From Gemmatimonadota bacterium (GTDB lineage: Bacteria > Gemmatimonadota > Gemmatimonadetes > Gemmatimonadales > Gemmatimonadaceae), in contig JANMLN010000144.1 of NCBI GenBank assembly GCA_031372565.1, positions 1-53,245 of the forward strand: a stretch of 53,245 nt of DNA. Direction: 5' to 3'. The notes under the pieces were generated by a model, which searched no databases, was not told the origin of the DNA, and saw nothing but the letters and a program-made list of their open reading frames with translations. Made by a program: the position numbers and the translations under genes. Position 1 is the stretch's first letter. The number at the start of each line of letters is the position of its first letter. Of the stretch, positions 36,514-45,938 are shown piece after piece.

Positions 36514-37110
36514 CTAGGCGCGCAGCACCTTGCGACGGCGCGCGACCAATCCGATGGCCAGCAGCCCAGGCGCGAACAACGCCAGGGTCGCTGGCTCCGG
36601 CACGGCTGACACATCGAGCGTCACGTCGGAGAAGCGCTCGTACGGGGCGAAGTCGGTGGTGTAGATGCCCACCGAGCCATCGCCCAGCAACGCGGAGGGA
36701 TCCGTCCAGACCAGCTGCACGTCGAAGCTGGTGGCGACGATCGGCTGGAAGGTGAAGTCGAAGCTCGCGTTGGCCAGCTCAGTAATCGGCGAGGTCAACT
36801 GGAAGGCGCCCACGTTCGTGCCGTTGAGGAACACGCTGAAGTTCGTCGACGGCGCGCTCGTCAGACTGTAGGCGTACCAGAGGTTGAGCGAGAGCTTGCT
36901 CGTGGCGAGCGGCCCGCTGACGGCCGACTGCTGCCAGGAGTCGTTCTGGTTCCAGATGTAGCTGTAGCAGGACGACGTCGGCGACAGCGCCGCGTTGAAG
37001 CAGGAGAAGTTGGCGCCGCCGAACGGCGTGGTCGTCTGCGCACCAGCGATGACCGACGTCGTCGTCAGCATCGTGGCTGCCAGCATCAGGGAGCGAATCG
37101 AGCGCATCAT
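36514..37110 (-). CDS. PEP-CTERM sorting-domain protein
   Basis: Signal peptide; C-terminal VPEPATLALFAPGLLAIGLVARRRK. Confidence 0.93.
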   Translation of the reverse strand: MMRSIRSLMLAATMLTTTSVIAGAQTTTPFGGANFSCFNAALSPTSSCYSYIWNQNDSWQQSAVSGPLATSKLSLNLWYAYSLTSAPSTNFSVFLNGTNVGAFQLTSPITELANASFDFTFQPIVATSFDVQLVWTDPSALLGDGSVGIYTTDFAPYERFSDVTLDVSAVPEPATLALFAPGLLAIGLVARRRKVLRA

Positions 37111-37184
37111 ATAGTCGGCAACTAGAGGGTCAGTCCGGAGGACGGGGGGAGCGAGAAATCGGCCTCGGGCTCGACTACTTCAAA

Positions 37185-37200
37185 AGCAATGCGCGTGCCT
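37185..37200 (-). promoter_or_regulatory. sigma54 promoter of the PEP-CTERM gene
   Basis: Minus strand reads AGGCACGCGCATTGCT (GG-N10-GC). Confidence 0.75.
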
Positions 37201-37240
37201 AGACGGACAGACCACATTCGAATTGTCTAAGGCCATACAG

Positions 37241-37740
37241 GACAACAACTTATAAAGAACGGCTTACAGGGTGTCGTGGTCGTGCATCACATCTGAATAT
37301 CCGCAGGTGTTGCGTGGTTGCAACAACAACACATCGGTAACAGCAGATGGACCGTTTTTTGGCCTCCACTGAAATGGTTCCGGTCTTCTGAACAGCCGAT
37401 TATGCGGTTATGCAGGCGGCAAGGCTCCCCGGACGTGGCTTCGCCCTATCCCCCGGGAGCACTCCGTGTCCCGTCCCTGTGGCAATAACACCCAGAACAG
37501 CAACTTGTGCGAAACGGCTCACAGAGTGTTGTGGTTTTGCGTCACATCTGAATTTCTGCAGGTGTTGCGCGGCTGCGACAAGAAACACGGCAACAGCGGA
37601 TGGACCGTTTTCCGGTCTCCGAAGAGGTCCCGGTCTTCTGAACAGCCGATAATGTGGTCAGCAGGGCTCCGGGGGCATTACTTCGCCCTATCCCTCAGGA
37701 GCAACCCATGTCCCGTCGTCCCCGTCGCAACCACGCCCCC
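37241..37740 (+). repeat. Diverged tandem duplication, period ~255 bp
   Basis: CACATCTGAAT at 37288 and 37543; GCAGGTGTTGCG, GATGGACCGTTTT, CCGGTCTTCTGAACAGCCGAT and CTTCGCCCTATCCC each occur twice. Confidence 0.85.
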
Positions 37741-37800
37741 GCCTTCAAGGCCAAAGTCGCGCTAGCGGCCCTCAAGGGGGAAGCCACGCTCGGTGAGACC
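37620..37800 (+). mobile_element. IS3-family left-end remnant (IR + truncated orfA)
   Basis: ATG at 37708 reads MSRRPRRNHAPAFKAKVALAALKGEATLGE, an IS3 OrfA N-terminus, then breaks off; preceded by an IR-like GGTCCCGGTCTTCTGAACAG. Confidence 0.75.
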
Positions 37801-37825
37801 AAGGTTGACTCTGTGTTGACCCAGT

Positions 37826-37859
37826 GAGAAAGGGCGCCCCTCACGGAGCGCCCTTTCTC
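37826..37859 (-). terminator. Terminator hairpin after the displaced tRNA 3' end
   Basis: GAGAAAGGGCGC...GCGCCCTTTCTC. Confidence 0.7.
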
Positions 37860-37867
37860 GTCTACTT

Positions 37868-37913
37868 AGTTGCGCCTCCTGGGATCGAACCAGGACTCTC
37901 CTGGTCCAGAGTC
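37868..37913 (-). repeat. att-like direct repeat: 3' half of tRNA-Gln
   Basis: 46 bp matching 52389-52434 with 2 mismatches. Confidence 0.92.
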
Positions 37914-38062
37914 GTGTTCCAAGGGGGGGGCCTTACAACTACTCGTTGCCGCGCTTCAGAGGGAGAACTGGGCGTCAGCGCCGCAGGTCAAAGCCCCGGA
38001 CGGGCACTGTGGTGTGCGAGACGCACCGGAGACCACGCGACCTTTCCCGTGCCTCTCATCCT

Positions 38063-38584
38063 TCAGGAGCACCCCCTCCTGCCTCGTCGTGCGGCGCGGT
38101 CGACACTTGCGTGAGTACCGCGCGCCCCGGTCGACGCCCCCCCCGGGCCGCCCCCGGGAGTACCGCCCCACCACGCGAGGGGTCGTTCGGCGAACGCGAG
38201 CACCGCGTTGAAGAACGCCTCGACGATGTTCCTCGCGAGCAGGCGATCGCGATTCTTCGAGAAGACGATCGGGACCCACACCGCATCGTCGGACGTGAGG
38301 CCGACAAACCATCGGTGGAGGAGGGTGCAGTCGAGCTGTTCCCTCAGCTGCCGTTTACTCCGGATCGTATGGACCGCCTGGAGCAGCAGCGCGCGGAGCA
38401 AGTACTCGGGGGGAATCGACGACCGGCCGCCGGCGGCGTACGACGCCTGAGAGCGCGGCGAGAGCGAGACGAGCACCGGATCCACCAGCCGGCGCAGGGT
38501 CCGCAGGGGATGGTCGACCGGAATCCGATCCTCGATCGACCGGTACCTGAAGAGGACGTCCTGTCGCTCATCGGAATCACGCAT
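38063..38584 (-). pseudogene. Truncated IS5/IS1182-type transposase
   Basis: [13 protein letters not shown]...[41 protein letters not shown]; similarity ends before the DDE domain. Confidence 0.85.
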
Positions 38585-38704
38585 CGGCGCGCTGACGGAA
38601 CGAGCGGCCCCCAGCAGCGTCAATCCGCTGGACCGATGATTCGCCGCGCCCTACCTTGGGCCCGATGGTATCCGTCGGTCCCGACCGGGCGAGAGGACGC
38701 TGAC

Positions 38705-39712
38705 ATGCAGCTGGGAATGATCGGCTTGGGTCGGATGGGGGCCAACATGGCGCGGCGACTCATGCGCGCCGGCCACGAGTGCGTCGTCCACGACCGCAAT
38801 CCGGACGCCCTCGGCGCACTCAGCGATGCGGGTGCTGTTCCCTGCGACTCGCCCGCCCAACTCATTGCCCGGCTCGCCGCGCCGCGCACGATCTGGCTCA
38901 TGGTCCCGGCCGGCGCGACGGACGCGGCGCTCGCTGAGCTCGTGCCGCACCTCGCGACGGGGGATGTCGTGATTGACGGCGGCAACTCGTTCTATGGCGA
39001 CGATATCCGGCGCGCGCGCGAGCTCGCCTCCCGCGGCATCCACTACCTCGACGTCGGCACGAGCGGCGGCGTGCACGGCCTCGAGCGCGGCTACTGCCTC
39101 ATGATTGGTGGCGATGCGGCCCCAGTCGCGCGTCTCGACCCGATCTTCCGCGCCCTCGCACCGGGCCGCGGCACGGTGGAGCCGACCCCGGGGCGCGCGC
39201 CAGGCAGCACCGCGGAGGAGGGCTACCTGCACTGCGGCGCCGCCGGGGCCGGCCACTTCGTCAAGATGGTCCACAACGGCATCGAGTACGGCCTCATGGC
39301 CGCGTTCGCAGAGGGCTTCAATATCCTGCGCCACGCGAATGTGGGCGCAAGCACAACGGCCGCGAACGCGGAGACGACGCCGCTCCGTCACCCCGAGCAC
39401 TTGCAGTACGAATTCAACCTCCCCGATGTCGCCGAGGTCTGGCGGCGTGGCAGCGTCGTCTCTTCGTGGCTCCTCGACCTCACGGCGCGCGCACTCGTGA
39501 AGCAGCCCGACCTGGACGGTTTCTCGGGGCGCGTCTCCGATTCGGGCGAGGGGCGCTGGACGATCACCACGGCCATCGAGGCGGGCGCCCCTGCGCCCGT
39601 GCTCGCCACCGCCCTCTTCGAGCGATTCTCGTCGCGGGGGGAAGCCGACTTCGCGGCTCGGCTGCTCTCCGCGCTACGCCTCGAGTTCGGTGGCCACCAC
39701 GAACAGCGCTGA
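38705..39712 (+). CDS. gnd: 6-phosphogluconate dehydrogenase, decarboxylating (short YqeC/GntZ type)
   Basis: [57 protein letters not shown]. Confidence 0.95.
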   Translation: MQLGMIGLGRMGANMARRLMRAGHECVVHDRNPDALGALSDAGAVPCDSPAQLIARLAAPRTIWLMVPAGATDAALAELVPHLATGDVVIDGGNSFYGDDIRRARELASRGIHYLDVGTSGGVHGLERGYCLMIGGDAAPVARLDPIFRALAPGRGTVEPTPGRAPGSTAEEGYLHCGAAGAGHFVKMVHNGIEYGLMAAFAEGFNILRHANVGASTTAANAETTPLRHPEHLQYEFNLPDVAEVWRRGSVVSSWLLDLTARALVKQPDLDGFSGRVSDSGEGRWTITTAIEAGAPAPVLATALFERFSSRGEADFAARLLSALRLEFGGHHEQR

Positions 39713-40211
39713 GCGTCCGCTGCTCTGTGTGATGGGCGTCTCCGGCGCCGGCAAGACCGTCGTCGGGACGCACCTCGCCCACGCCCTCGGCCTTCCCTTC
39801 GTGGATGGCGACGACCTGCACCCCCCCGAGAACGTGCGGCGCATGGCACAGGGCACCCCCCTCACGGACGACGATCGCGCGGGATGGCTCGCCGCGATCG
39901 CATCGCGCTTGGGCCAAGCGCAACAGGGCGGCACCGGCCTCGTCGTCGCGTGCTCCGCGCTCAAGCGCGCGTATCGCGATCGTCTGCGCGAGTCCGCGCC
40001 GCACCTCGGCTTCGTGCACCTCACGGGCGACCCCGCGTTGATCGCGTCGCGCATGGCAGGGCGCGTCGGTCACTTCATGCCGGCGTCGCTCCTGGGCAGC
40101 CAGCTCGCCACCCTCGAGCTTCCCGCCGCCGACGAGCACGCGTGGAACTTCGACGTGGCGCGACCGCCCGCGCAGATCGTGGCGGAGCTCGTCGCACGCA
40201 TCGGCCGATGA
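39690..40211 (+). CDS. gntK: Gluconokinase
   Basis: [55 protein letters not shown]. Confidence 0.95.
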   Translation: MATTNSAERPLLCVMGVSGAGKTVVGTHLAHALGLPFVDGDDLHPPENVRRMAQGTPLTDDDRAGWLAAIASRLGQAQQGGTGLVVACSALKRAYRDRLRESAPHLGFVHLTGDPALIASRMAGRVGHFMPASLLGSQLATLELPAADEHAWNFDVARPPAQIVAELVARIGR

Positions 40212-41545
40212 CGCCGCTTTACGCCCTGCTCGCTGTCGTCGCACTGATCGTGCTGATCGTGCGCCTCAAGCTGCATCCGTTCGTGGCGCTCGTCACGGTC
40301 TCGCTCGGCCTGGGCACCGCCGCCGGCATGTCGCCGCTCACGCTGGTCAAGGCCTTTCAGGATGGCGTCGGCGCCACGCTCGGCTCCATCGCCGTGGTGG
40401 TCGGGCTCGGCACCATGCTGGGCAAGATGATGGCCGAGTCGGGCGCGGCCGCACGGATTGCCACCACGCTCATCGCCCGCTTTGGAGTGCGGCGCGTGCA
40501 CTGGGCGATGATGGTGGTCGCCTTCATCGTCGGCATCCCCGTCTTCTTCCAGGTGGGGTTCGTCCTGCTCGTGCCGCTCGTCTTCACGGTCGCGCGACAG
40601 ACGGGCATGTCGCTCGTGAAGATCGGCCTCCCGCTCGTCGCGGGGCTGTCCGTGGTGCACGGGCTCGTGCCGCCGCATCCGGCCGCGATGCTCGCCGTGA
40701 CCGGCTACGGCGCCGACCTCGGGCGCACGATTGTCTACGCGCTGCTCGTGGGCCTCCCCACCGCGGCGCTCGGTGGACCCATCTTCGCCAGCTGGGTGGC
40801 GCGCCGCATCACCCTCCCGCCGGTCAACCCGATGGCGGCGCAGTTCGCGGACCTCAAACCGTCGGCGGACAGCGCATCGCTGCCGGGCATCGGCCTCTCG
40901 GTATTCACGGTGGTGCTCCCCGTGCTCCTCACGGTCACGGCGAGCGCGGCCGATGTCGTTCTGGCCGCGGGCAGCCCGCTGCGCATCACGCTCGCCTTCG
41001 TGGGCAGCCCCGTCGTCGCGCTGCTCATCGCCGTGTTGTTCTCCTTCTGGTCGCTGGGCGTCGCGCGCGGCATGACGGCGGAGCGGATGCGCACGCTCGC
41101 CAATGACGCGCTCGCGCCAACGGCGGCCATCATCCTCGTGATCGGCGCGGGCGGCGGCTTCAATCGCGTCCTCATCGAGAGTGGCGTCGGCACGGCGCTG
41201 GCCGACATCGGCGTGAAGGCACAGGTATCGCCACTCCTGCTCGCGTGGCTGGTGGCAGCACTCGTGCGCGTTGCGACGGGATCGGCCACCGTCGCCATGA
41301 CCACGGCCACCGGGATCGTGGCGCCCATTGCCGCCGCGATGCCGCATGTGAGCCCCGAGCTCCTCGTGCTCGCGACCGGGTCCGGCTCGCTCGTGTTGTC
41401 GCACGTGAATGACGCCGGCTTCTGGCTCGTCAAGGAGTACTTCGACCTGACCGTCCCGCAGACGCTCGCCACGTGGACGGTCGCCGAGACGATCATCGGC
41501 GTCACCGGACTCCTCCTGACGCTGGGCTTGAGCGCGATCGTCTGA
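40208..41545 (+). CDS. gntP: GntP-family gluconate:H+ symporter
   Basis: KLHPFVAL, GIPVFFQVGFV, VPPHP, GSATVA, SHVNDAGFW; multiple TM segments. Confidence 0.95.
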   Translation: MTPLYALLAVVALIVLIVRLKLHPFVALVTVSLGLGTAAGMSPLTLVKAFQDGVGATLGSIAVVVGLGTMLGKMMAESGAAARIATTLIARFGVRRVHWAMMVVAFIVGIPVFFQVGFVLLVPLVFTVARQTGMSLVKIGLPLVAGLSVVHGLVPPHPAAMLAVTGYGADLGRTIVYALLVGLPTAALGGPIFASWVARRITLPPVNPMAAQFADLKPSADSASLPGIGLSVFTVVLPVLLTVTASAADVVLAAGSPLRITLAFVGSPVVALLIAVLFSFWSLGVARGMTAERMRTLANDALAPTAAIILVIGAGGGFNRVLIESGVGTALADIGVKAQVSPLLLAWLVAALVRVATGSATVAMTTATGIVAPIAAAMPHVSPELLVLATGSGSLVLSHVNDAGFWLVKEYFDLTVPQTLATWTVAETIIGVTGLLLTLGLSAIV

Positions 41546-41559
41546 CGGGCGCCGCTCGC

Positions 41560-42756
41560 CTACTTCAAGGCGAAGTTCACCGGCTTCGAGACCGCCGTCG
41601 GAGTCGCTCGCGCAGACAGTTCGCCGTTGGGCAGCCACTCAAGCACGGCGATGGTGTTCGAGCCCTGGTTGCCGACCAGCACGAATCGCCCGCCGGGCGC
41701 GAACTTGAAGTCTCGCGGCGTCGTGCCGCCCGACGAATCGAAGCGGATCGGCGTCAGCCGCCCATCCGCGGCGATCCCGAAGACACCGATGCTGTTGCTG
41801 CCACGCACCGACACGAGCACGAACCGGCCGTCGGGCGTCACCTGTACTTCGGCCGTGCTCAGTCCCTTCGCGCCTTGCGCCCCCGGCGGCACGGCCGAGA
41901 TCTCCTGCAGCTGCGTCAGGCCACCGTCCGGCCGCACGCCGAACACGAGCACCGACGTGGTGAGCTCGGCGTTCACGTACACGATGTTCTGTGTCGGGTG
42001 GAACGCCAGGTGGCGCGGCCCGCTGCCGGGCGGCAGCGCGGCGAAGGGCGGATCATTGGGCGTCAACGTCGCCGTCGCCTCGTCCAGCTTGTAGATGAAC
42101 ACCTTGTCCGCGCCCAAGTCAGCCGCGTACACGAGGCCGTTCGGGGCCTCCATGATGAAGTGCGCATGCGGCGCCTGCTGGCGGTCCGCGTTGGGTCCCG
42201 ATCCGGCGTGCGTGACCCGATGGCCCTCCTCGAGCTCGCCGTTGGTCTTCACGCCGAACGCGATGACGCTGCCGCCGCCGTAGTTCGCGGCCAGCACCGT
42301 CCTGCCCGATCGCGTGATCCAGAGGTGGGTGGGATCGGCCCCCTGCGAGGGAACCGTGTTCAACGGCTTGAGCGTGTGATCATCGTTGATGGCAAAGGCG
42401 CTGACCGATCCGGTGCTCGCAACCGCGCGTCCGTAGTCGCCGACCTCGTTGACCGCGTACAGGTGCCTCGCGTCGGGCGCGATCGCGAGGTACGACGGAT
42501 TGTCGCTCTTGGCGGCCAGCTGTGGCGTGGAGAGCACGCCAGTCGAGGTGTCCAGCTGGGCGGCGTAGATCCCCGCGCTCGTACAGTCGTCGACGCGCGC
42601 CGTGTCGCACGCCCAGCCTCGCGTGTACGTGCCGACGAAGACGGTCAGCGATCGCGAGGCGGACTCGGCGGAGCGGCTCGTGCAGCCGGCGAGCGCGAGC
42701 GGCGCGGCCGCGAGGAGGACGAGGGCACGCGGCGCGCGCGAAGGTCGGGGAAGCAT
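41560..42756 (-). CDS. Lactonase (6-phosphogluconolactonase/Pgl beta-propeller family), predicted lipoprotein
   Basis: LAGC lipobox; [40 protein letters not shown]. Confidence 0.92.
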   Translation of the reverse strand: MLPRPSRAPRALVLLAAAPLALAGCTSRSAESASRSLTVFVGTYTRGWACDTARVDDCTSAGIYAAQLDTSTGVLSTPQLAAKSDNPSYLAIAPDARHLYAVNEVGDYGRAVASTGSVSAFAINDDHTLKPLNTVPSQGADPTHLWITRSGRTVLAANYGGGSVIAFGVKTNGELEEGHRVTHAGSGPNADRQQAPHAHFIMEAPNGLVYAADLGADKVFIYKLDEATATLTPNDPPFAALPPGSGPRHLAFHPTQNIVYVNAELTTSVLVFGVRPDGGLTQLQEISAVPPGAQGAKGLSTAEVQVTPDGRFVLVSVRGSNSIGVFGIAADGRLTPIRFDSSGGTTPRDFKFAPGGRFVLVGNQGSNTIAVLEWLPNGELSARATPTAVSKPVNFALK

Positions 42757-42809
42757 GGCCGAGTATACGGCGGCGGCGTGTATCGCGTGACTTCGCGGAC
42801 GGGTGGCGC

Positions 42810-42838
42810 TTGCCGGCACTGGATAAGCTGTATATACT
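42810..42838 (+). promoter_or_regulatory. sigma70-type promoter of vapBC
   Basis: TTGCCG-N17-TATACT, overlapped by the palindrome GTATATAC; a second TATA-rich element lies just downstream. Confidence 0.65.
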
Positions 42839-42866
42839 TCTACCTGTCTATATCGATAAGCAGACA

Positions 42867-43118
42867 ATGGCACTCAGCATCAAGGACCCCGAAACCGACC
42901 GCCTCGCCCGCGCCCTCGCGGCGGCCACCGGCATGTCGCTCACCGACGCCATCCGGGCCGCGCTCGCCGAGCGCCTTGAGCGCGAGACCCGCCGCCCCAC
43001 GCGCAGCTTGGCGGCGGAGGTACGGCGCGTCCAGGAACGGCTCGCGCACCTCCCCGTGCTCGACCCGCGCAGCCCAGACGAGATCCTCGGCTACGACGAG
43101 CACGGGCTCCCGCGCTAG
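42867..43118 (+). CDS. vapB: VapB antitoxin (Rv0623-like)
   Basis: [29 protein letters not shown]...[12 protein letters not shown]. Confidence 0.92.
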   Translation: MALSIKDPETDRLARALAAATGMSLTDAIRAALAERLERETRRPTRSLAAEVRRVQERLAHLPVLDPRSPDEILGYDEHGLPR

Positions 43119-43121
43119 CCG

Positions 43122-43505
43122 ATGGTTCTCGACACCTCCGCCATCATCGCCGTTCTGCTCGGTGAACCCAGCGCGGATCGCCTGATCGCCGCCATCGAGG
43201 CTGACCCGACGCGGCTCGTCTCCGCCGCGACGGTCGTCGAAGCGTCGTTGGTACTACTCGGCCGCTACGGCGACGTCGGGGAAGCGCAGCTCGATCGGTT
43301 CCTTCGCGGTATTCGCGCTGAGATCGTCCCGGTGGATGAAGAGCAAGCAACGCTCGCGCGCGACGCGGCGCTGCGGTTCGGACGCGGGCGGCATGCCGCC
43401 GCGCTCAACCTCGGCGATTGTTTCAGCCATGCGCTGGCGGCGGCTCGGGGGGAGAGGTTGTTCTTCTTTGGTGAGGGTTTCACGCTCGCTGACTCGGAGG
43501 CGTGA
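43122..43505 (+). CDS. vapC: VapC PIN-domain toxin
   Basis: MVLDTSAIIAVLLGEP, VSAATVVE, FGRGRHAAALNLGDCFS. Confidence 0.9.
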   Translation: MVLDTSAIIAVLLGEPSADRLIAAIEADPTRLVSAATVVEASLVLLGRYGDVGEAQLDRFLRGIRAEIVPVDEEQATLARDAALRFGRGRHAAALNLGDCFSHALAAARGERLFFFGEGFTLADSEA

Positions 43506-43728
43506 ACGGTGCAGGGCAAGACGCGTGCGTCTTGCCCTGGTACAGCGTCGGAAAAACGGGGTGGCTCAGCGACGAACTCGCCGGCGCTTTCTCGCTATCG
43601 CGACGGCCATGCTGCATCGGCGTGAGCGCACGCCATCCGCCTCTCCGCACACCTGCGCAACCATTCTTGCCGTTGGATGTCGAAGAAGAGTCCGCGCGCG
43701 CCCGCCAGATTCGAATGCGCGACTATTT

Positions 43729-44361
43729 TCAGCGGCGAGACCTGGTTGCCGGCGCCACCTTCGTTGCTAAAGCTCGTCCCTCGATGACGCGCTGCGCGCC
43801 GAGATCGCGACACCTCTTGAGGTGCTCATCCCCAAATTCTGGAGCAACAGCAGCCTGCTGACCGCAGGCCTTGAGCCGCATGTCCAACGAAACGAGACAC
43901 TGCCCGAAATCAAAGGCAACCGCGGCCTGAATCGCACCAGAATCGGCGGTGAGAAACTGGATTCCTTCGGGGTCCGGCGCCAGACGTAAGTAAGTGATCG
44001 CTTCCTGTTCGCCATCATCCACGCGACTAGCCAAATCCGGGTGTAGCAGACTCTTGGTCTTCATGAACTCTGCACCCGGCGCCTGCCAAATAGTGAACTC
44101 TCCTTGAGAGACAGCATCGGGGACCGCCGCGCGGCCGACGGGTTGGCTGACGACTAATCTGTGGTTTGAACTACCGGGGACTGCCTCGTGCAACAGGTCG
44201 ATTCGATTCCCGCTCTTGTCTTGGTAGAATCGGACCTCGTCGACAATTAGCTCCGGAATGACTACGGCCGCGCTCCGACACAGAGCCTCCCAGCGCCCCT
44301 GTCGCATGGCTTCCAAGACGACATTCGCGTCAGGTAAGAGCAGCCGCGGCTTCGTTGCCAT
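43729..44361 (-). CDS. PIN-like domain protein (putative RmrT-type toxin/effector)
   Basis: LLLPDANV, IVDEV, DDGEQEAI, FLTAD: the acidic tetrad typical of the PIN fold; overlaps the upstream gene by 32 nt. Confidence 0.7.
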   Translation of the reverse strand: MATKPRLLLPDANVVLEAMRQGRWEALCRSAAVVIPELIVDEVRFYQDKSGNRIDLLHEAVPGSSNHRLVVSQPVGRAAVPDAVSQGEFTIWQAPGAEFMKTKSLLHPDLASRVDDGEQEAITYLRLAPDPEGIQFLTADSGAIQAAVAFDFGQCLVSLDMRLKACGQQAAVAPEFGDEHLKRCRDLGAQRVIEGRALATKVAPATRSRR

Positions 44362-45511
44362 CGAGCGGACCGAGTTGGAAGTCGGCGAGGTCCGCCACGT
44401 TCTTCTCGAGATATCTGGCCAAGAGGGACTTCCCGACCTCCCTTCGCATGAATGCGGTTCGCGCTAGCTGCTCAAACCGTTCGGGAAGAGAGCCCGTGTT
44501 CGCGGTTGTCGTCATCGGACGCAAGGTACGAACGTACTCCTTCAGCGCCACGCTGCCGAGCAGATCTTCCTTGCTGCCCTTCGAAAAGCGATGCAGACCT
44601 GCGAGTCGAATAACGAGCGCCTGATGAGATACACCGAACTCAACAGCGAGCCCCGCCAAGTCTGCGAGCGCGATCTTGCCGTCAACAACCTTGGCGTCGA
44701 ATCTGCTAGTGAGAGCCTCGGTAGGCATCAGAAGCGCTGCGGCGAAAGAATCTGCTAGTGATTCAAGCTTCTTGTACCAGCGAGGCTCGGACTCACCGGC
44801 GGACACGCAGGCATCCCAAGCGCGGGAGACGGAAGTCCACGTCACCAAGTGAAACAACTCATGGGCAAAGCTGAATGACTGGCGCCACTCCGCCTCACCC
44901 GCGGCCATTAGAATGGCCGCGCCGAAGGAAGGGTGTCGAACACAGGCCGCGGACCCATTCCCTTTCTCGCCGGTCGACAAGCTCTCGAAGAAGACCTTCA
45001 CGCCGAAATCGTTCTCGAGCCGAGTCCGAAGAGTCCGCGCCGGCACCGGACCGAGGTCGAGTGCACATCGCGTATGCTCCGCCAAATGCTGCACGGACTT
45101 TTCGTTCTCGACAGCCGGGTCGAAGTCCAAATCGGGAAGCTTCGTTGCCGGCCGATAATTACACCAACGCTCAAGCTGAGCATACCTCGTAGAACGCTCC
45201 AGAAGCCGAGCCTCCAGCACGAGGTTCTTGTCCGTCGAACCTCGACGCCAAAGCACACGGGGTGCGATGCCCGCGACGTCACCGAGCAAAGCAGCCGGCT
45301 CGACATGAAGCGCTCGTGCGATTCTCACGAGCTCGGAAGCCTTGACGGTGCGTGTCCCGTTCTCGATCGTCGACACCGATTGGGCGGCCGGCAAGCCAAC
45401 TGAGGCGGCAAGCCCCGACTGAGAGACGCCAAGTGCCTCTCGACGCTGTCTAATCGCGGCGCCAAGACGCTGATCGTCTGTTACCCGGTCGCTCGTCGCA
45501 GATGCCATCAT
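44330..45511 (-). CDS. XRE-HTH + ImmA/IrrE (M78) metallopeptidase (RmrA-like)
   Basis: LGAAIRQRREALGVSQ...VSTIENG HTH; RQSFSFAHELFH (HExxH); E..ADSFAAALLMP; FGVSHQA. Confidence 0.9.
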   Translation of the reverse strand: MMASATSDRVTDDQRLGAAIRQRREALGVSQSGLAASVGLPAAQSVSTIENGTRTVKASELVRIARALHVEPAALLGDVAGIAPRVLWRRGSTDKNLVLEARLLERSTRYAQLERWCNYRPATKLPDLDFDPAVENEKSVQHLAEHTRCALDLGPVPARTLRTRLENDFGVKVFFESLSTGEKGNGSAACVRHPSFGAAILMAAGEAEWRQSFSFAHELFHLVTWTSVSRAWDACVSAGESEPRWYKKLESLADSFAAALLMPTEALTSRFDAKVVDGKIALADLAGLAVEFGVSHQALVIRLAGLHRFSKGSKEDLLGSVALKEYVRTLRPMTTTANTGSLPERFEQLARTAFMRREVGKSLLARYLEKNVADLADFQLGPLDGNEAAAALT

Positions 45512-45572
45512 TCGATCCTAAGGGGAAGCTTCAGTCCGGAAGGCCGTGCGGATGTTCAATAGAACGTGCTAG

Positions 45573-45600
45573 AACTTACCACTTTTTCGACTTTTCTCAA
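45573..45600 (-). promoter_or_regulatory. Possible sigma70 promoter for the peptidase-PIN pair
   Basis: Minus strand reads TTGAGA-N16-TAAGTT, with an extended -10 TG. Confidence 0.4.
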
Positions 45601-45938
45601 CATTTTCTTGATTGCCAGTCTCGAGATCTCAACACGTTGACCGGCTGGATGAGAATTCGCGGCGTCGCCTAGAAATGGATCAAGTTATTGTGAAACAATG
45701 GGTTACAAACCAGCGCGATGGATACCGGCGCCTCGTTCGAATGAATAAGCCCTCGGTGGCTCGGCGGCGACGAAAGACCCACCGGCGGCGGCTGTCTGCA
45801 ATTCAGCGACTGGCCGAACCGAGCCTACAGGTTCGGGCACCCACTCAGTCGACTGAGATACTGAGTGAGTCTGAGCTCGAAGCTCGTAGCGTCAGACTTT
45901 GAACGCGTTCGCGCGGGTCCCGACTTCCTGGACTTTGA

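Noticed and set aside
37241..37740. Repeated blocks considered as a CRISPR array
   Set aside because: Only two long diverged units, no short repeat-spacer periodicity, and no cas genes.
37868..37913. Second tRNA-Gln gene
   Set aside because: Only the 3' half is present; the D arm and 5' acceptor strand are missing, so it is an att repeat.
37946..38704. N-terminal extension of gnd (588-aa ORF) suggesting a fusion
   Set aside because: The extension is the antisense of the IS5 remnant; Gnd starts at ATG 38705 with a GAGGA SD.
43502..43861. 119-aa ORF after vapC as a third TA component
   Set aside because: Overlaps the convergent PIN gene, has atypical composition and shows no motif.
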